Source: Lingula anatina (taxonomy: Eukaryota; Animalia; Brachiopoda). From it: a stretch of 64,000 nt of DNA. The notes under the pieces are model-generated. The model saw only the letters and a program-made list of their open reading frames with translations, was not told where the DNA came from and ran no database searches. The position numbers and the translations under genes are program-made. The stretch is taken from positions 22,754,001 to 22,818,000 of the forward strand of contig CM120645.1 in NCBI GenBank assembly GCA_051362555.1, written 5' to 3'. Shown here piece by piece: positions 56,686 through 64,000 of the stretch; position 1 is the first letter of the stretch; each line of letters begins with the position of its first letter.

Positions 56686-59600
56686 GGGCGGCATGTTGTG
56701 GAGTAACAATGAGATATTCAAGCTCTGAGGATGGACCGCTAGATGGCGTGGATGTGTTGTTAGTCCTTTGGCTGCAAATCGTAGTTTAAAGATCGGTCTG
56801 AAAGATGCATATTAAGCGAGTCGACATATCAAAGCATTGCAACTTATCCCAACCAAATGGCATCATCTTGTTCCAAACTGCATAACTTAAAGCAATACTA
56901 TTGATAATCGTTTCACCCCTCCCCCCCCCAAAAAAAAAATAATAATAAAAAATAAATAAATAAATTCTGCTCTTTCTGTGCGACCAGTTATACAATTCTA
57001 AAGAAGGCTCTGCTATTCTTTTCTAATCCATGCTTCCTTGAACATGGCATTTGATTTTCCCTATAAAAACAAATTTCCGTGAATTTATCAAACTTACAAT
57101 TGATCGCGAGAAAGAACCAAACGAAAAGAGAATCATCCCAAAATGTACTGTAACTTTCAGGTAGAAGAAATTATAATAAATTATTACCGAGTTGGTGGAA
57201 TAATACATTGTCTTAATAAAGACTCACTGGAATTACAGATGCAATATTCTGTTGGAATATTCATATGATTTTAGCAAAAGTGTATTAATTGCCAATAATA
57301 GGCGTCAATCACTCCGCCTGACCCAGAATGTTTAGATTTACCCAACATTAGGCCGCATTATCGATACTCTCATTCTACGATTCTCACCTTGATCTCATTT
57401 TCCGCGTTTTGTCTATCTTTTTTCAAAGTTTGAATGAAAGCCTATTAATAAAGATGTGTGAACATGAAAAAGTTTGTTGTAATCGCATCCTGGGTTCAGT
57501 TAAACAATCTTGTTTCGAATTTTGTCCACATAAGCATTGCAATTTTCCGCTTCTTTAATTAACTCACCAACATGGATTTTCTTTATTCAAATCCTCCCTC
57601 CGCAATACGTTCATTTTAACGTATACCCAACATTACAACACTGATCGCCATTAAAACACAATAAAAACTCTCAAGTTACAACATACCAATGATGGAATTA
57701 ACTACCTGAAATTCAATACGTTCAACATCGTGCCATCATTACAATAACAGTAATAACAATTACAACAGACTTACAACTCTTAACATACCAATGAAAAAAC
57801 TGATCGCCTCATACTTCAGCAAAAAACATCAAAAGTACAAGACTGGACTTATATAATGAATAACTCTGGTGTCAGCCACTTCATAATTGTGAGACGGCGA
57901 AAACGTTGGCCTCTCTATACGGTAATTACTCGATCTTTTCAATGGGGAAAAATTATCACACTTTCAGATACATCATTTTATAATCTCAAATATTTCTATA
58001 TAGCATTTGTGGTGTTTTTACTGCTTAGTAAAAAACTATAAAACAGTCTGCTATTTAATTTTGTTGCTACCACTCAATAGAAATTTTCAAATTAACTGAG
58101 GAAGTTGCGACATAAAATACTGTATCTGTAAAATTCACAATTCCCCCCCCCCCCCCCCCCCCCCCCCAATGAAAAGATCGAGCAATCACTGTATCTCATG
58201 CACACCTACACGTATTTGGAATGTTCACTTTTAGCACAACCACACACATATAACAGATGTCTGCCAAATATGTATCACATAAAGAATAGAATTTTAAAAC
58301 TATAACGTAATAACATATATCTCCGTGATATACATGTACCTACCATATTGCAGCAGTAATCAGCCGTTTACATATATGTAAATAGGAATATGCACAAGCA
58401 AGTAGAGGACTGGTTAAAATGTTTGGTGGATCCAGTGTAGCTTCTCTCAGCTCAATAACACGTATGTACTTTGCTAAAATAGGTATTTTTCAAATACATT
58501 TTCAGCTGATAACTGCACAATTGAACAAAACTTTATTAAAATTATTTTCAAAAATCATTTTTTGTTAAAAAAACTTTACTCCCACATGAAAATCATCTGC
58601 ACCAGGGAAATTTTTCTCTTAAAATGAAATGTACAATGTCTAAACCAAATATCAGTTTTTGTCTTTGAACAATAATAATAATAGCGCCAATCATTCCATT
58701 GCTTATAATCTTTAGGTTGACATTCATCTAATCACTAAGGGACTTTAAGGTAATGCTTACCATTCAACTATTGAAAAAAATCTAATGGCACTTAAAGCAA
58801 AATAACCCCCATATAAAACCTCCCATTTGCTATTCAATACAAAACATATCACCAATGATACACTGTACCCCAAACTCATAATCCCTTCCACAAAGTTTAC
58901 TTCACGACTAACTGAACACCTATGTTAAAGAATTACATAGCTTGAACAACAGACATTAACTGCATTAAGAGGGGACTTTAATAAGCAGTGGAAAAATGAG
59001 CCAACATTTTATATCATTTAATATAATATAATATAATATACAGTAAAGAAATGTAAAAACACATCAGCAAAACCTGATTTACAGCTCGATGTGCAATGGG
59101 CAGATTTTCAGGGTATATATGTAACAATATCGTTAAACTTTATACAGATAATGGAATATGACATAATGAAATAGCATCCATCTGCCTGTGTCAAATGACA
59201 TTTAACCAGTCCACACAAGAAAAAAGGTAAAATTTTCATAAAATGAAAAAAAAATGACACCTACAATTTGGCTTTGAAGATTAAAACCTATAAAGTCAAC
59301 TTAGAGAAGATTTTAAATAAGTCACCCTATATTGTGTATAATATATACAAAGTTATCTGCACTGGATAAAAATATCATTTAGTTGCCATTGTGGTGGATA
59401 CACATTAAAAATACATGTGCATCTCTTAAAAAATAGAAAAAAGCAGCACTTGACTAGATATGGCCCTCTGATGTGGCCATTCACAAGGAGTATGAGAGGA
59501 AACTGAGAACCACCCCCACTATCAGCATACCTGGGCACACCTGGTGTTACTCGGGGTGTAACCAGCTTGAATCAAGATGTATTAATATTTGACTAGAAAT

Positions 59601-60030
59601 AATAAGAAGAATTAAGAAATTGCCAGCACAAATAGTTGTCACCATATAAACCAAATCCTTCTGGAAAGTACTATTACTAGTACATGTACCTTTATATAAA
59701 TCCTTCCCTCCCAAGTTAGCTTGCACATTCAATAACTGAGAAATACAAAATATGAAAATATATGAAAAATTGACTTGCATTTTCATAGTAATATTTGCAC
59801 ATATATAACAAAATATACAACAAGATATTACACTCCCCCTCCTAAAAATGACAATAAAATGTCTGCCTTAATCATATGTCTGAGTTTCACAGTTGGCTGC
59901 ATTGAGCAATATATATCCATACAGTAATATATGTTAGACATGCTATATCTGTGCCTGACAATAAACCTACGGTATCCCCCATTTCGTGTACTATTTTAGA
60001 GGCTCCTGATATCAGAGGGCAGTGTAAAAA

Positions 60031-60850
60031 CTACGGTATACCCATCATGTCCAGCAGGGTGTTAATCTTAGCGTTGAGCCACTCTGCCTGTCTGTTCCTG
60101 AGTCCAGTGATCCAGGGAGTGGGGAGCTGAGAGTAACCTACCCTACACCCCAGGAAACCCCCTGCTATACAAGCATTGCTGTTGCTGTCCCCTCCACGCA
60201 TAATTAGGTCTGTGATGATATCTCTGGAAATACACAGGAAGAGTTTAACATATTAGACAGCAATGCTATCAGATTTACAGACAATATATTGCAGCGATGA
60301 TGTCTCTGGAAACAAAGAGAGAGAGAGTTTAGCACATTAGACAGCACTGCTAGCAAAATGTTCAGAAAATGTTACTGACATGACTCAAATGTTCACTTTT
60401 TTTGGTAATAATCACTGGACAAACAAGATGCAGGTTTGACAACAAATAACTGAAATCCCATGTTTCCATTTACTTTCGGAGAGCTTGTTAACAAAGTTAA
60501 CTTTGACTACATTTTGGTGAGATGGTAAAACTGAAGAACATCCAAAAAGCATTATGATATAAAATATACCAGTAAAAATATCTTCCAAAAAGCAATGAGC
60601 CTCCCTGTACTACTACCTAGAATGTTTTAACATTTTCTACGAGTGATTCTCCTTGTACCAGCTAGGTATACACACACTACCTGTAATCTCTCTGGTCTCT
60701 GAGTGCGGCCAGACCAGCTGCCAGTGGGGTGTATACAAAACTCATTGTTGATGGACTGGTTAGGTCAAGGCTGAAAGGAAAAATAAATGGGTAGTACAGT
60801 ATACACCATATGCAATAAATGAATGATAAGGAATTTGAAGTATGGCTCAG

Positions 60851-60901
<51 letters not shown>

Positions 60902-63642
60902 TATGCGCATGCGTGCGTGCATGTGTGTGTCTTCAAAATCTAAAAACTGCATAATATTCATGCTAAAACAATTAAATCTGACCTACCTATCAAACTGTGT
61001 AACACTGATAATATGATCAAACTCCTTGTACTGTTTCTCTGTGGTAAGCTGTTTCCTGGCCAGTTCAGCAGCCATTGCTATCATCTTCTCCAGCTCTTCT
61101 GGCTTAGCCACATCATGCTTACCCTGGGGAGGAGAAAAACTGGTGAAATAGGGTTCATCACTTTTTCTTGTGTAATGATGATAAAAAATTGTTTCTAAAG
61201 CGATTAAAGGGCAACTCAATGGGATTTACCTGGGGAAATCAGCAATTTTCTTGTACTCTAGAATCATTTATCTATCCCTCTCTGCACTTGGATTCAACCT
61301 TTCATTGAATCTATAAATTCTTCAAATGTGAAATTTCAAATGCAATGTAATGTATAGAAATTCAAACTATATGTTACTGAAGATGGCAATGAATACAGAA
61401 TACCTGGGAAATAATGTTATAAATTTCTGTACAAAGTTCAGTGACAAAATACAATGCACATTGACAATAATTAATACACCTGATATATATGACCATGAAA
61501 AACAAAGTAATAAAAACTATTACAAACAGATTGGAGGTAAAAAGATGTTCCTATAAACACATACCTGTAAAAGCAGCGCCACTGTCGCGGCCACCATGAC
61601 GGCTGCTGCCAGACATCGCGGCTCACTGTGGGTGGCCTTGCATATCCTCAGTGTGTTAGCAACCACCTCCTGGTAGTCATGGAAATGTGGAACACCTGGG
61701 AGATATTAAACATTGCTTATAAGTCACTACGTCATTCTCTGTTGCTGTTTAATCACACATTACATAATTATCATAGAAGGTTTAAAAATAGTTTTATAAC
61801 TTAATGGGCCTTTTGCCATTTTGGCGATATTTTTCATCATGAAAGTTGAAGATATTATCTTAGAGTGACATCTAGCTGAAAGAGTATACTTTTGTCCTTA
61901 AAATACTCCTCAGGGCAAAGAACAGTACTACTTGTATAAAGGATGTGACTTTGTTGTCCAGTACAAGTACACGGATCATTTACAACTATAGAACACTCTC
62001 ATACCTAGGACAAGACACCTTGACAGAGCAGCATTATCACAGAGAATATCCACATCACCATTACAGTTCTCTCCATCACACTGGTCATGTGACTGGTCAC
62101 ATGTCTGGTCATGTGACTGCTCCACCAGCGATCTGGCTGCAATGTGAGGCTTCTCTGTGAAATACGGTGTGTTCACGACCTGAGGTGATAGTGACAGACA
62201 TAATGGAATATACATGTAGATGTAGAACATTTCCATGGCATTCTATATACCTTATGAAATATCCTATTGTTAGTTGTATAGGACACCATAAGAATCCTAC
62301 AGACGTCCTATAGGATTTTTATGTGGAGATTAACATTTGTTAATCTGATTTAAACGCATCACACAATGCCCGCTGCCTTGTAGGTTGCGTGAGACCCTAC
62401 AGCGCCACCTGCGGTAACGCCCCCTGCATGTAGTTGCGCGCGCATGTTAGACCGTTAAATTCAATTTCGCATCTTCAACAGTGCAGCGCCGCACGCTTTC
62501 CGCTTATGGCTTTTTAATTCCCACCCTCCCACTCTATATTTAGTGTCTGCTTTGCTTGTGGGTACTTATAGAATCTTTTCATATTTCTTATTTTGTAAGC
62601 TTTATTTTACATCTCACGGGGATTTTGTATTTTTGCCTTGAGTACCATAAGACCGCTACGTGGCTCTGAGCTTTAAAGAATTGTTTTTGGTTTTAGTTTA
62701 GTGTAGTGTTATTTAGTAATCAACCAATAAACTTTTCTAAGCCTGTGTTGTGTGTTTGTGTTTAACTAGGAAATACATCCTACTATACGACCCTATGGGA
62801 TATTTCCATATTGGGTATAAAAAGGGTTGTTGATACAAACATGATCTACAATTTTTTTTATACATAACGATTGGAATAACAGTTGAAAGCTAGAAATGTA
62901 CTCCTCACTTTATGAAAGTCATGTTGCTATTTTTAGTTATAAAAAAATCTTCAAATTGTCATTGTCTATGATTTACCTTGGTTATAGTATTACTGAACAC
63001 AATTCCCTCAGAGTCTCCCAGCTCAGTGAACCCATGGTCAGACCAGTGCTTTAGTCTTTTGGCAAAGTCCAGTTCATCCACCACGCCTCCCCACTGGTCA
63101 AGAGAATCCAGCACCAGAGCCTGGAGGAAGAAATAAAAAGTACTCCTTGATTTTCTGGAGAAAGGAAATAACATAAATCACACATCGTATGGTTAAAATC
63201 ACAGCTCCAAATATTACAACAGCCATGTTTGCAATTGTGGTTTTCTAAAATATTTCCTGATCGACTGCTTTTTATATTATGATTTATAATAGTGACTAAA
63301 CAACAGGAGATCCATACAAAAAAATCTTAGCATAACACCACTGATCAATACACGATCCTTTGAGAAATAAAAATTAAAAATTACATTCAGTACTGCACTC
63401 AAATGATTCAGTTTCACTATATTCCCAGTTTTCATGGTTTTCCCCATACTTCCTACTTGTACTCACACATTGATCAAAGTCCACAGTCCAGTCCCCCTGT
63501 CTCCAGCGTACTCTGTGCTGATCCCGCACAATGTCACTGTAGGTCAAGGTCTCTGGTTCGTAGTAAAATTGTGCCTCTTGCACTGGCATGAACTCCGTGG
63601 CCAGCCCTATGGCATCCCCTATTGCAGCCCCATACAGCAACC
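60031..63642 (-). CDS. ADP-ribosylglycohydrolase (ARH/DraG/crystallin J1) family protein, last seven exons; 5' part not within the window
   Basis: Exons 63642-63467, 63120-62977, 62179-62005, 61695-61565, 61123-60987, 60770-60681, 60223-60031, phases consistent. Motifs GLLYGAAIGDAIGLATEF, GDWTVDFDQ, ATHSEPRC, GGDSNSNACIAGGFLGCRVGYSQLPTPWITGL. Confidence 0.88.
62246..62818. mobile_element. MITE-like element with degenerate TIRs in an ARH intron
   Basis: Left TATACCTTATGAAATATCCTAT versus the reverse complement of the right end TATACCCAATATGGAAATATCCCAT. Confidence 0.4.
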
Positions 63643-63681
63643 CTACACAGTATATGATATTAATTATAGTAGTGTACTCAT

Positions 63682-63907
63682 AGGGTGCTTTCCCAGAGAT
63701 TTAGATCGATCTAAAGCTTAAGTTTTAGATCGACCTAACTCCCTGGGGGTTCACGCTAAATTGCAGTCAGCCGAGCGGACACCATAGTTAATTACCCCCT
63801 TACAGCGCTTAGTAGGCGGGACAGACGCTTAAGCCGGCCAAGCTGACAGTAATCTAGTGAGACTCCCCATAGGGATAGATCGATCTAAAAATCTATGGAA
63901 ATGGGGT
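63682..63907. mobile_element. MITE (same family as 32918-33157)
   Basis: Imperfect TIRs ...TTTCCCAGAGATTTAGATCGATCTA / TAGATCGATCTAAAAATCTATGGAAA; internal homology to 32918-33157. Confidence 0.7.
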
Positions 63908-64000
63908 GTTAGTGTAAAAAAAGTTTTTAAAATCTAGTTGTCTGATGATAATAAGAATGGTCATTTTAGTTCCCATTTCATACAATTATTAAATGCTTTG

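Overview
AT-rich animal genomic DNA with GT-AG spliceosomal introns and microsatellites; an invertebrate, plausibly a lophotrochozoan such as a mollusc, though the species cannot be determined from the sequence. From left to right: (1) the last two exons of a minus-strand VWA-domain/mucin-stalk type-I membrane protein carrying a 99-bp coding tandem repeat; (2) an array of five type-B carboxylesterase genes, each with five coding exons (four on minus, one of them frameshifted, and one divergent on plus), all with Asp rather than Glu at the catalytic-acid position and introns full of MITEs, Helentron-like elements, an RTE fragment and a solo LTR; (3) an orphan secreted protein whose first coding exon is a bare ATG; (4) an intronless rhodopsin-family GPCR; (5) the highlight, a complete 8038-bp Ty3/gypsy endogenous-retrovirus-like element (48648-56685, minus) with 567-bp LTRs identical by eye, a 4-bp TSD, uninterrupted gag (CCHC), a UUUAAAC -1 frameshift site, pol (PR-RT-RH-IN) and an intact 701-aa class-I fusion (baculovirus-F/errantivirus-type) env; (6) the last seven exons of an ADP-ribosylglycohydrolase-fold gene with degenerate catalytic motifs. 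All gene models and alignments were made by eye; no database searches were run.
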